From: Candidatus Babeliales bacterium
GTDB taxonomy: Bacteria; Babelota; Babeliae; Babelales; JANWKD01
Reading direction: 5' to 3'
NCBI GenBank assembly: GCA_963722255.1
Contig: CAVRJO010000001.1
Coordinates: forward strand, 512,001 to 576,000
DNA length: 64,000 bases
Below are positions 29,390 to 39,064 of this stretch, in pieces (the first letter of the stretch is position 1; every line of letters starts with the position of its first letter). The notes under the pieces were generated by a model. That model ran no database searches and had not been told where the DNA came from. It was given only the letters and a program-made list of their open reading frames with translations. Both the position numbers and the translations under genes were made by a program.

Positions 29390-30394
29390 TTATTGAAGGC
29401 CTGTTCCGGTTGCTCCAGCGGCACCATCATCACCGCCATTATCTCTTTCCGGCTCTTCATCGCTTGATACATCGTCGCCTTCATCATCTATCACAAGAGG
29501 CCTGATATTTGTCATTCTTCTTTTTCTCTTTCTTCTTATATTGGCAACGTCCTTAATAAATTTCCTCACGCGGCCAGTGTTTGGATCAAAATAATAATTT
29601 ACATACTGACTATCTTTTTTAGTAACCTGATTCTCAATAGACAGAATATCTATTTCTTGAGTTCCAAGCCTAACATCATTATCAATGGTTGTTTCAACAC
29701 TGCTAGTAGTACCAACAGGAATCCATTCTCCAAGAGGAATCAAATTATTAAGATTAACTCTTGGGTGAAGTATAGTATCAAACTCTCTAGCGATTTCATC
29801 ACCCTGTCCTAAAGGCCCGAACAATGAATCATTACGATCTTGTGATCTTGGTTGCATATAATCCAAAACAGGTCGATCTGGCGTAGGAGTATTAAACTGC
29901 ATAATTAAATCACGAAGCTCATCTAAATTTCCATTATCAACATTTGAACCAACATCTGACATTTCAGTATCTTGACTATTATTTGACAAAAATGATGAAA
30001 ATATAGCAGACATGCCAACATTGTCTTCATTATCTGCTGAATTCAATTGTTCCAAATTATTATAATAGTTTTCATGATTATAATGCGCTGGATTAAAAGA
30101 ATCAGAATTACCTACATTTTGATTTGGATTCACACGATCAGATACATAAGGATATAAAGCAGCAATTGCTTGACTTATTTGATATGCTCGATTTCGATCT
30201 ACCTCAAGACTTAAAGCTAAGCGCCTGTCCTCTAAATTAGCACGGGTAAAATTTTCACCCAATCCCAAAAACTCACGCGCATTCCTAATTTCCTCACCAG
30301 GTTGAACAATAGGATGATTAGGATTATGTTCCATTGCATTACTCATTGCAACAAACGTCAGTAAAACTAAAATTCCATTTAATTGATTTTTCAT
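29390..30394 (-). CDS. Exported protein with J-like N-terminus, N-rich middle and basic/acidic tail
   Basis: SNA|MEHN, AREFLGLGENFT, RRKRKRR. Confidence 0.65.
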   Translation of the reverse strand: MKNQLNGILVLLTFVAMSNAMEHNPNHPIVQPGEEIRNAREFLGLGENFTRANLEDRRLALSLEVDRNRAYQISQAIAALYPYVSDRVNPNQNVGNSDSFNPAHYNHENYYNNLEQLNSADNEDNVGMSAIFSSFLSNNSQDTEMSDVGSNVDNGNLDELRDLIMQFNTPTPDRPVLDYMQPRSQDRNDSLFGPLGQGDEIAREFDTILHPRVNLNNLIPLGEWIPVGTTSSVETTIDNDVRLGTQEIDILSIENQVTKKDSQYVNYYFDPNTGRVRKFIKDVANIRRKRKRRMTNIRPLVIDDEGDDVSSDEEPERDNGGDDGAAGATGTGLQ

Positions 30395-31032
30395 AAATCC
30401 CCCTTGAAATAAATTTTAAAATATGGAAGTTCAAAAAGCGACTCATATCTTTGCATCATTTGTTCAGAAGTCTCCAATGTTTTTGGTTGCATTAACTGAC
30501 TGCTGTTACTCGCATTGAGTCCTGCAAGTTGTGCATATAATATATTTTCATCATTCGCTTCTTTAATTCCTAAATCTCTATCAACCGGTTTTTTAATTGC
30601 TAACGCTTGATCAATTGTTTTTTTAATTGCTGGAAACGAAAGCATAATAATTAATCTGCGATAACAATCAAAAAAATACGCTGATTCTTCACTTGTAGGC
30701 AGCGTCGTATTCATATATGAGCGCACTTCATTAATTTCTTCTAATGAAGTATTTTTCAAACCCAATTCAGCACAATAATCCACACCCTTCTTAATAACAT
30801 CTTGAATAGTAGTGTTCTCAGGATTTATAAATCCAAAATCTTTGCAACGCTCAATTCGTGTATAGTGCAATTCATTGCAAGAGACATCTTTTGAAAGATC
30901 TAAAATATGTCGCCATTTATTTTGTTCTTGTTCATCGATTTGTCCTAAATAATCATGACTTTCTCTATACATTGCATTATTCATTGCAATAAATGAGAGT
31001 AAAACCCAAACTAATGCTAATTGTTTTTTCAT
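30391..31032 (-). CDS. Exported hypothetical protein, leader paralogous to 29390-30394
   Basis: NNA|MYRE. ATGA overlap with the downstream gene. Confidence 0.65.
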   Translation of the reverse strand: MKKQLALVWVLLSFIAMNNAMYRESHDYLGQIDEQEQNKWRHILDLSKDVSCNELHYTRIERCKDFGFINPENTTIQDVIKKGVDYCAELGLKNTSLEEINEVRSYMNTTLPTSEESAYFFDCYRRLIIMLSFPAIKKTIDQALAIKKPVDRDLGIKEANDENILYAQLAGLNASNSSQLMQPKTLETSEQMMQRYESLFELPYFKIYFKGDL

Positions 31033-31157
31033 AAATCCTCTTTGAAATATTTATTTTTTAAAAAGAACCATTTATTAATGGCCTCATATTACTATTAGTA
31101 TACATGAGAAGCGAAAAAAATATAGGTATTAATCTTTCCTTCAGCGATTTTTACTAC

Positions 31158-31667
31158 CTATTGTGAACTCCACCATGAATTTAATAACCAACCACCAACA
31201 CAACCTATTGCTAAGCAGGATACTGCCCCTAGGCATAATTCTAATCTATGGGGAATAATGTTGGTTTTTATTTTACGATCTTTATAGACTACTTCTTTCT
31301 TTTGAGCGAAGATCTGAGCAAAAAGTTCTTCAATTTTTTTCAACTGAACAATGCTATTTTTTACATTTCTTAGTTCTTCAAGAGCACCATATAGACTATA
31401 TAAATAACTCGTAAAGTATGGCTGCTCTTTAAAATGTGAATCAAAATCTAAAGCAGGGTCGTTTTCTGCCATATTATGATAAGACCTTATTTGTTGTTTC
31501 AAAGCTGCAATAAACTCAGCTTCAATCACTTGCCCCTTCATTCTTCCTATACTTTTTTTTCGCTCTTCAGTAGATACTGTTGAGCCATCTTTTGTCATCC
31601 CCTGCGCACCGGTAAAGGCACCAACTATGAAAATAGTTAAAAATAGGGTAAAAATTCTTTTATTCAT
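31158..31667 (-). CDS. Exported protein with C-terminal TM anchor
   Basis: MNKRIF..AQG|MTKD. C-terminal LCLGAVSCLAIGCVGGWLL. Confidence 0.65.
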   Translation of the reverse strand: MNKRIFTLFLTIFIVGAFTGAQGMTKDGSTVSTEERKKSIGRMKGQVIEAEFIAALKQQIRSYHNMAENDPALDFDSHFKEQPYFTSYLYSLYGALEELRNVKNSIVQLKKIEELFAQIFAQKKEVVYKDRKIKTNIIPHRLELCLGAVSCLAIGCVGGWLLNSWWSSQ

Positions 31668-31794
31668 AACTCCATTCCTTTGAATAAAACTAAATAGTAT
31701 AAACTTGAACATATTTCAAATATACAATATTTTTAAAAAGGCGTCAAATAAGATTTTTAAAGGTATTTTACCTGCCAAAAACACCTTAAAGCAT

Positions 31795-31833
31795 AAGAAG
31801 CTATGGATTTGCTTAATAAACCCATAGCTTCTT
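31795..31833. terminator. Terminator-like hairpin
   Basis: AAGAAGCTATGG..CCATAGCTTCTT. Confidence 0.65.
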
Positions 31834-31856
31834 GTATAAGAGTTCTTTAAAAAATC

Positions 31857-32462
31857 TTAATTCCCGGAATTTGAACTGTTTCCTGTAGGATTAAAATTTG
31901 GATGAGTATCAGTAACTCTGACTCGTTGGAGAGTCTCAGTTGTGTTCGTTAACGTATTTTGATTGGTATGTCTGCGAACTATCGTTGTAACATTACCATT
32001 AGGATATGTTCTTCGTACTAATTGCACTAATGATGGATACTGAACAATAGTCTGATTCGCTGAGATATTAGTTGGCTGATATGCTGTAGCTGAAGGTAGT
32101 GTCAATGAAGCCAAATGGTCTGCCCGAGCTGGATTAATCTGTGGTGCTTGTTCTGGAAACAAAGGAATCAATGCGTTATATGCTATGTCTATTTGCTCAG
32201 CTTCAGCTTCGTCTTTTGCATTCATCCTCCGAACAGAGTAAACTCGATGAATATCATTAATCGTTGGATTAGGAGTAAAGGTAGTATTTACCCCTAAAAC
32301 TCCAAGCCAAATTGCTCTTAAATTTTGCTGCGACCCTTCATTAAGTGCTTGGCTTGCAAAAGTTTCTTGAGGATTAGCATCACTATCTCTTTCTTCCATG
32401 CACAATGCATTACCAGCGCAACAAAGTGCTGCAAATAAAGAAAGCTTGTAAAAACTATTCAT
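31857..32462 (-). CDS. Exported protein with J-like segment and T/N-rich tail
   Basis: ALC|MEER. WLGVLGV..TINDIHRVY..EQIDIAYNAL. Confidence 0.65.
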   Translation of the reverse strand: MNSFYKLSLFAALCCAGNALCMEERDSDANPQETFASQALNEGSQQNLRAIWLGVLGVNTTFTPNPTINDIHRVYSVRRMNAKDEAEAEQIDIAYNALIPLFPEQAPQINPARADHLASLTLPSATAYQPTNISANQTIVQYPSLVQLVRRTYPNGNVTTIVRRHTNQNTLTNTTETLQRVRVTDTHPNFNPTGNSSNSGN

Positions 32463-32657
32463 ATTGGTGTCCCTTCATAAAATAGGTTAAACCTATCTAG
32501 TTTTGTAAAATAAAATAAAACCATTATTTTTATAAACCAATAGCTCTAATGTAATATAGTTGAAATTTATTATAAGCATTATTATTGATTTATATTCAAA
32601 TATTACTATTTAAAACAACTAAAGTCAAAAGCCATGAATAATAATACCTTGAGTAAA

Positions 32658-33404
32658 TTATTCCTTATAGTTAATTTGATAAAGCATAAGGCCATGTGGA
32701 GGAGCCATCATAAAGCGCTGATTAGGGTTTTTTTGCTCTAAAGCCAACAGAAGATCATCAAGAACCATCTTTCCTGAGGCTACATCAATACATGCCCCTA
32801 CTATACGTCGAATCATATACCGTAAAAATCCTTTTGCTCTAAAAGTAAGCCTTGTAGCTCCTGAATCATCTTGAAGAATCTCTATGGAATCTATCCTACG
32901 CACTGTTGATGTATACTCTTTACCCGTACAAAATGAACGAAAATCATGGGTTCCTATAAAAAGCCCTACTGCTTTTTGAAGAAGCTCTACATCAACCTGA
33001 TGCTCATGAAAATAACCATATCGAGCCTGCCAAGGCTGAGGCTCATCACGTAGGAGCATATAATGGTAAACCTTTTCTATAACATCAAAACGAGGATGAA
33101 AAGAATGAGGAACCTGCTTACAAGAGCGAATACGCACACGAGCGGGCATATTATCATTCAATGCCCGCTGTATTGTGCAAGAATCTACTGCAAGATCAGT
33201 AAAAAATGTAGCAACTTGGCCAAAAGCGTGAACGCCGGCATCGGTTCGTGATGCCCCGATCAAATGAATCTCTTTTTTGAAAATACCTTCAAATGTGCGC
33301 TCAATCAAATTAGCAATCGATTGACCATTTTTTTGAATCTGCCAACCTGAAAAATCAGTGCCATCATATGCTATAATGAGCTTATACTGTTTATTTTCTA
33401 ACAT
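32658..33404 (-). CDS. truA: tRNA pseudouridine(38-40) synthase
   Basis: YDGTDFSGWQ, ASRTDAGVHA, GTHDF, FLRYMIR. Confidence 0.96.
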   Translation of the reverse strand: MLENKQYKLIIAYDGTDFSGWQIQKNGQSIANLIERTFEGIFKKEIHLIGASRTDAGVHAFGQVATFFTDLAVDSCTIQRALNDNMPARVRIRSCKQVPHSFHPRFDVIEKVYHYMLLRDEPQPWQARYGYFHEHQVDVELLQKAVGLFIGTHDFRSFCTGKEYTSTVRRIDSIEILQDDSGATRLTFRAKGFLRYMIRRIVGACIDVASGKMVLDDLLLALEQKNPNQRFMMAPPHGLMLYQINYKE

Positions 33405-35205
33405 TTGCTTTAAGAATTTTCTTTCTTAAACGAATGCTATTTGGTGTAACTTCAATAAGCTCATCAGGCATGATCCATTCCATACACTCTTCAAGTTCCA
33501 TAACTTTAGGCGGTGTAAGTTTAATCATATCATCAGTACCTGAAGCACGCATGTTGGTAAGCTTTTTTTGCTTACATGGATTCACATCCATATCATCATC
33601 ACGGCTATTTTCACCAATAATCATACCTTCATAAATATTTTGAGCAGGTCCAATGAAGAGCGTTCCACGAGACTGTAAGTTATCCAATGCAAAGCCTGTT
33701 GATTGGCCGGATTCCATAGAAACCAAAGCACCCTTAGTACGCGTTGGAATGTCGCCCTTATACGGCTGATACCCTAAAAAGGTAAAGTTAGCTAATCCGG
33801 TACCGCGCGTATCGGTTAAAAATTGACTTCTAAAGCCGAGTAATCCGCGGGATGGAACTTCAAACTCAAGACGCATTCTTCCATTTTCATAATTATGAAT
33901 GTTTTTCAATTCAGCTTTTTTTCTACCAAGCTTTTCCATGATAATGCCTTGATGCTCTTCCATCACATCAACTACCAAATATTCGATTGGTTCGCATTTT
34001 ACGCCATCAATCGTTTTATAGATAACTTCAGGAGCAGAAAGTTGTAATTCAAAACCTTCTCTTCTCATATTTTCAACCAAAATACCAAGATGCAATTGCC
34101 CTCTACCGGACACTTTAAATTTTTCCGGCGATTCAGTTGGATCAACTCGAAGCGCCACGTTTGTCTTAAGCTCTTTTTCAAGACGTTCTTTAATTTGGCG
34201 CGAGGTTAATAATTTACCATCTCTTCCTGTGAACGGAGAATCGTTAACCGAAAAATAGATAGAGAGTGTTGGTTCATCAATTTTTACATAGGGATATGGC
34301 AATGGGTGACCAACTTCACAAAGCGTTGTACCAATAGTAACGGGCTCAGTAAAACCTGCTACAGCAACAATATCACCAAATTCTGCTTTTTGTGATTCAA
34401 TTCTTTGCAATCCTTGGAAGGTATATACCTTGGTGAACTTCATGGTTTTGCTGACAGTTTCATCAAGACAACAAGTAAATTGTTGCCCAACTTCAATAGA
34501 ACCACTAAAAACACGCCCAATAGCAATAGGCCCTAAGAAATCGGAATGATCTAAACTGGTAACCAATACTTGCATATGATCACTTTTAGCAACGGGAGCA
34601 GGAATTGTTGCAATAATAGATTCAAAGAGTGGCGTCATGTCGCCCGACATTTTTGTAGCATCAAAATTAGCAAAACCCAATTTAGAAGAACCATATAAAA
34701 TAGGGAATTCAAGTTGTGATTCATTTTGAGCCAAATCTAAAAAGAGATCCTGAATCAAGGATTCCGTTTTTTGTATATCAGCATCCTTACGATCAATCTT
34801 GTTAATAAGCACAATAGGTTTCAAATTAAGTTCAAGAGCTTTTCTTAATACAAAACGAGTTCCGGGTAGCACACCTTCCGCTGCATCAACAAGCAGTAAA
34901 AAGCCTTCTACCATTTGCAAGGTACGTTCAACTTCACCACCAAAATCACTGTGCCCGGGGGTATCAACAATATTAATGGTATATTCACCATCTTTATCCT
35001 GATATTTTATTCCGGTGTTTTTAGCTAAAATGGTGATTCCGCGCTCTTTTTCCAAAGCATTAGAATCCATAACGCGATCGGTAACATCGCTTACTAAAGT
35101 GCCTGATTGACGTAATAATTTATCTACCAAGGTTGTTTTACCATGGTCAACGTGAGCAATAATAGCTATATTGCGCAGATGTGTTCTTTGTGTCATTTTA
35201 TTCAT
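33391..35205 (-). CDS. typA: Translational GTPase TypA/BipA
   Basis: AHVDHGKTT, ERGITILAKN, DTPGH, KKLTNMRASG. Confidence 0.97.
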   Translation of the reverse strand: MNKMTQRTHLRNIAIIAHVDHGKTTLVDKLLRQSGTLVSDVTDRVMDSNALEKERGITILAKNTGIKYQDKDGEYTINIVDTPGHSDFGGEVERTLQMVEGFLLLVDAAEGVLPGTRFVLRKALELNLKPIVLINKIDRKDADIQKTESLIQDLFLDLAQNESQLEFPILYGSSKLGFANFDATKMSGDMTPLFESIIATIPAPVAKSDHMQVLVTSLDHSDFLGPIAIGRVFSGSIEVGQQFTCCLDETVSKTMKFTKVYTFQGLQRIESQKAEFGDIVAVAGFTEPVTIGTTLCEVGHPLPYPYVKIDEPTLSIYFSVNDSPFTGRDGKLLTSRQIKERLEKELKTNVALRVDPTESPEKFKVSGRGQLHLGILVENMRREGFELQLSAPEVIYKTIDGVKCEPIEYLVVDVMEEHQGIIMEKLGRKKAELKNIHNYENGRMRLEFEVPSRGLLGFRSQFLTDTRGTGLANFTFLGYQPYKGDIPTRTKGALVSMESGQSTGFALDNLQSRGTLFIGPAQNIYEGMIIGENSRDDDMDVNPCKQKKLTNMRASGTDDMIKLTPPKVMELEECMEWIMPDELIEVTPNSIRLRKKILKANVRK

Positions 35206-35291
35206 ATTAATACCTATAATTTCTTTATATATAAAAAATTGCCTTTATTTCTAATTGTAAACTATTTTTTATATTTAGCAAATTTTTAATA

Positions 35292-35322
35292 AAAAGCCCG
35301 TATCTTCACAATACGGGCTTTT
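35292..35322 (-). terminator. Terminator after rpsR
   Basis: AAAAGCCCGTAT..ATACGGGCTTTT. Confidence 0.8.
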
Positions 35323-35355
35323 GCATACTCTAATTCTTGTAAAAACAAAGAACGA

Positions 35356-35649
35356 TTAATACTGAGGTGCACAATAAGGAATCAAGGCCATGACACGAGC
35401 TTTTTTTATCATATGAGAAATGATTCTCTGATGACGATTGCATGCGCCTGAAATCCTTGAAGGCAAAATTTTGCCCCGTTCAGTTAAAAAATTTCTTAAC
35501 AAAGTTGCATTCTTATAATCAATAAGTTGCACTTGTGTAAGGTTGGAACAAAAACGGCACTGTTTTGCAACCGTTAATGAACTTTTACGACGATTCTTTT
35601 TTTTAAGCAATCGCGAACTTATCTTAAGCTTTGATATTTTTTTTGACAT
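35356..35649 (-). CDS. rpsR: 30S ribosomal protein S18 (Cys-containing form)
   Basis: CRFC, IDYKN, ERGKILPSRISGAC..HQR..IKKAR. Confidence 0.95.
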   Translation of the reverse strand: MSKKISKLKISSRLLKKKNRRKSSLTVAKQCRFCSNLTQVQLIDYKNATLLRNFLTERGKILPSRISGACNRHQRIISHMIKKARVMALIPYCAPQY

Positions 35650-35657
35650 AGATTCCT

Positions 35658-36170
35658 CTATTCTTCGTCTTCCTGTTCCTCTTGAACATCATCTAATAGT
35701 CCATCACCCTCAAGATCTTCTTCCTGTACATATTCAGATTTTTTTACATCATGATGAGCGCTTTTGGAAATGAGACCTTCCATTTTGTTCTCACGAAGGA
35801 ATGAATCAACATCACGAGCAGGAATATCTTCCAATGACTCTGGCTTAATATAGGTAAGCGGTTGATTTGGATCTAAAACTGTCATCATATTGCGCATAAC
35901 AACATCAGCTTTTTTAAAAGAGAAAAGTGCATTGAGATCATGAAGAAGTTCATGGCTCGATTCGTTTTCAACCTCAAAGCGTAATAAGAAGTATACACCA
36001 TACTCATTTCTTCTGACCGGGTATGCTAAACGATATTTTCCCCAGCGTTCAAAGGATATCATTGATCCTTTAGCCTTTTTTATTAATTGATCGACCTGCT
36101 TTTCCAAAGAAGAAGATTCATCTTTGGTAATTTCAGGTACCGCAAGAAGTAACGTTTCATAACGTACCAT
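35658..36170 (-). CDS. rpsF: 30S ribosomal protein S6 with acidic C-terminal extension
   Basis: RYETLL, WGKYRLAYPV, GVY. Adjacent to rpsR. Confidence 0.92.
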   Translation of the reverse strand: MVRYETLLLAVPEITKDESSSLEKQVDQLIKKAKGSMISFERWGKYRLAYPVRRNEYGVYFLLRFEVENESSHELLHDLNALFSFKKADVVMRNMMTVLDPNQPLTYIKPESLEDIPARDVDSFLRENKMEGLISKSAHHDVKKSEYVQEEDLEGDGLLDDVQEEQEDEE

Positions 36171-36279
36171 ACGACATGCCCTTTATTAAAGATACTAACT
36201 GGAAATACTTCACACAGAAGCATTATAAAACCAACGTTTTATTTAGTACACGGGGCACTAAAATAATGATAAGTATAGC

Positions 36280-36318
36280 ATAAAGGTTACAAAAAAATAG
36301 CTTTTTTGTAACCTTTAT
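36280..36318. terminator. Hairpin downstream of the XRE regulator
   Basis: ATAAAGGTTACAAAAAA..TTTTTTGTAACCTTTAT. Confidence 0.7.
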
Positions 36319-36326
36319 CTAATTTT

Positions 36327-37001
36327 TTATACAAAACACTGATGGCGTTGAATTACGCGACCAATAATTCTGAAATGATCTTTTCCACGAACAAGTGCTA
36401 TTGGTGGATTTTTATGATTTACTGCTTCTAAAACAATAAAATCTTCAGTGTAGGTAATTTGCATAATTGCTTTTATCGGAGCATCATTACCATATTCAAC
36501 AGCAGCTATATCGCCTGAACGGGTCCATACCTCTGGAGAAATAATAAGAATGTCGCCTTTAATAAAAGTAGGTGCCATTAAGTTATTATCAATAGCTAAA
36601 CCAAACATTGCTGCATCAGTAGTATTTAAGATAGGAATAAACTCATCTTTATGGCCACTGGTTATCTGCATTAACTGGTTATTGTACGGTGATGGATTTG
36701 AAGGAACTTCACCCACAACCGGAATAATTTGTACTTTTAATTCTACTTCTGATTTTTCTGGCATGCTTACATTACTGTCAATATTATCAGTACGCTTACG
36801 TCTTTGCGCAAAAAGATCAATTGGACTTATTTCAAAAGCATTTGCAAGCTTTCTCAATGAATCCTCGTTCCAACGACGTGTACCATTTTTAATATGGGTT
36901 AGATAACTTTCAGACATACCTGTTTTTTCTGCAAGAATCTTGGTCGTCCAACCTTTTTCTCGCAAAAGTTCTTTAACTCTTAATTCAGTCATTGAAGACA
37001 T
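36327..37001 (-). CDS. XRE-family HTH regulator with S24-like C-terminal domain
   Basis: LAEKTGMSESYLTHIKNG HTH. IPVVGEV..MAPTFIKGDILII..GDIAAV..IIGRVI. Confidence 0.88.
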   Translation of the reverse strand: MSSMTELRVKELLREKGWTTKILAEKTGMSESYLTHIKNGTRRWNEDSLRKLANAFEISPIDLFAQRRKRTDNIDSNVSMPEKSEVELKVQIIPVVGEVPSNPSPYNNQLMQITSGHKDEFIPILNTTDAAMFGLAIDNNLMAPTFIKGDILIISPEVWTRSGDIAAVEYGNDAPIKAIMQITYTEDFIVLEAVNHKNPPIALVRGKDHFRIIGRVIQRHQCFV

Positions 37002-37072
37002 AGGGATAAACTCCTCTAGTATAATATTGATTGAAATGTGATAGTATGGTTACATTAATATATTTATTTCTA

Positions 37073-37100
37073 ATTGTACTCGCATTATTGTTTTTGTCAA
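37073..37100 (-). promoter_or_regulatory. Sigma70-like promoter of the XRE gene
   Basis: TTGACA-N16-TACAAT on the minus strand. Confidence 0.55.
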
Positions 37101-37200
37101 ATGGAAACTTTCAAAGCAGAGAAAATATATCCCAAGATAAGACCCCCCTTCATGGCCCTACCCTGGAAAACCGCTCCTCCTTAATTGCAATAAATTCAAT

Positions 37201-37229
37201 TTGACAATGTTAAATAACAATGGCATACT
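37201..37229 (+). promoter_or_regulatory. Sigma70-like promoter, divergent
   Basis: TTGACA-N17-CATACT with TG extension. Confidence 0.55.
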
Positions 37230-37282
37230 TTTTATAAACAAAAATTATAACAATCATTTCAATATGTATACTTGGAGATTAT

Positions 37283-38323
37283 ATGAAAAATAGTTTTTTA
37301 TTAAAAATTACACTCTGTATAGGGTTACTTATACCCTTTCAATCGCATGCTTCACTAGACTCGCTTACTAATTCATTGAAAAGCTTTGGTAGCTCATGTT
37401 TTTCGTCCTTATATTCGACGATTAAAGGCCATAAACTTGAAGCCACTATTGGCTTTTTAACAATGAGCGTTGGATTTGGAGCTTTAGCTTATTGGAAATA
37501 TAAAACTATTCAACAGAAAAAAACATTTAAAATAATTGAAGACTCTAAACCAAAAAGATGCACAACGCTATCTTATAAAAAGTTACAAAACCTTATCAAC
37601 GGAATTGGGACAAAAGAATTTTGCGAGCAACTCAATATAGAAGATCCGTTAATACAATTTCTACCATGCGAAAGTCAACGTAATTATCTCTATCTTACAT
37701 CAAGCAGGCTTATGAATTTCACTGCAAGAAATAAGCATACCTTAATGGAATTTCATAAAACTTTTAGCAATCCTACTACTGCAGAAGCAATAGAATATAA
37801 AGAATCTCTTGCAGATAACTATAAAATTCATCTCATGCCAAAAACTGCAGAAGATTTTATGTTATTACTTGAGCGTATTGTTGTAGCATTACACTTTAAT
37901 CCAGAATTCTCTGAAAAGATTGCAATTATAAAGCTCTTTAAAAGCGCAGCATATGGTGACCCTATGCTTCTTAGTAGTTTAAAAGCAAATCCCAAAAGGG
38001 AAGTTTATCCTCTTATCGTTATCTATCCAATAAGCTCATACGATGCTGCAAGCTATATTCACAGCTACTGCTATCACAACTTTAAAGACATTCAGGGACT
38101 TGGTATATCTCCTCGCTTTAATAAAAAAACAAATGACCTTCTTTATTCTGCAGGAGGCGATGGCGATTACAAAGGTAATAATTGTTCTGAAAGTCCTTAT
38201 CTTCCTGGCTATGACTTTACACACTATTATGAAAGACATGAAGGCCACGATGACGATATGGCGCTTTATAAACCTGACTTTGTTGAAGAAGGTGTGGAAA
38301 TCGATTATACCTTGCACCTTTAA
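37283..38323 (+). CDS. Exported/membrane-anchored protein with possible phosphothreonine-lyase/HopA1-like domain
   Basis: Signal peptide plus TM. YKIHLMP..IIK..IVIYP..PRFNK. Confidence 0.55.
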   Translation: MKNSFLLKITLCIGLLIPFQSHASLDSLTNSLKSFGSSCFSSLYSTIKGHKLEATIGFLTMSVGFGALAYWKYKTIQQKKTFKIIEDSKPKRCTTLSYKKLQNLINGIGTKEFCEQLNIEDPLIQFLPCESQRNYLYLTSSRLMNFTARNKHTLMEFHKTFSNPTTAEAIEYKESLADNYKIHLMPKTAEDFMLLLERIVVALHFNPEFSEKIAIIKLFKSAAYGDPMLLSSLKANPKREVYPLIVIYPISSYDAASYIHSYCYHNFKDIQGLGISPRFNKKTNDLLYSAGGDGDYKGNNCSESPYLPGYDFTHYYERHEGHDDDMALYKPDFVEEGVEIDYTLHL

Positions 38324-38411
38324 TGCGATTCATTTTAAAATATTCAAAAAGGGTTAGAATATTCAAGCATTCTATAACGTTACCTTATAAAAAGTTACCT
38401 AGGGGGAAATA

Positions 38412-38972
38412 ATGATGTTTATAAAAGGATATATGCTTCATATAACTCTAGGAATAACTTTCATAACCAGCACACCACAACTGCATGCAATAGATCTAAC
38501 TGATTTCAAAAATTTTAGCTCGAGCATTTTTGAGTCAAGCACAAACTTTATAAAACAATACAGTTATAAGTTTGCTTCATATTCCTATGAAACAGCATAC
38601 AAGTATAATAAACCAGTTCTTTATTGGACTTTAGGATTAACAGCTTTTAGCATTATAGCATACAAGCATCTTCACACCTTTTTTGCAACACAACATAAAA
38701 ATTCATATTTTACGCTAAATAAAGGTATTACCCAAGATGAACCTACTGCCGAACTTGAAGAACCAGAAATCACTACAACTGAGAGAATACCAATTTCAAC
38801 TACAAGTTTTTTTATTGTTACTTCAGTGGAAATTGGGAACCATCGTCGTTATATACTAACTATTTGCGATAAGGTTGGCATTATTGAAAAAATACCACTT
38901 ACATCGAACAATAAGACTATTTTGAATTATTACAAAGACCTTCATACAGAATACTTGAAATCCAAATCATGA
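38412..38972 (+). CDS. Exported/membrane-anchored hypothetical protein
   Basis: AGGGGG RBS, leader to LHA, internal TM. Confidence 0.6.
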   Translation: MMFIKGYMLHITLGITFITSTPQLHAIDLTDFKNFSSSIFESSTNFIKQYSYKFASYSYETAYKYNKPVLYWTLGLTAFSIIAYKHLHTFFATQHKNSYFTLNKGITQDEPTAELEEPEITTTERIPISTTSFFIVTSVEIGNHRRYILTICDKVGIIEKIPLTSNNKTILNYYKDLHTEYLKSKS

Positions 38973-39064
38973 GAAATGATAATTCCCATTTATCGTAAAT
39001 AGGTATATACTTGCTCATAGTATTAAAAAAATTACAACTCTTTTCTATTGAGCATTGTTCTTCC

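Noticed and set aside
36327..37001. Prophage repressor marking a prophage
   Set aside because: No phage genes nearby, and the wider neighbourhood is ribosomal and repair genes.
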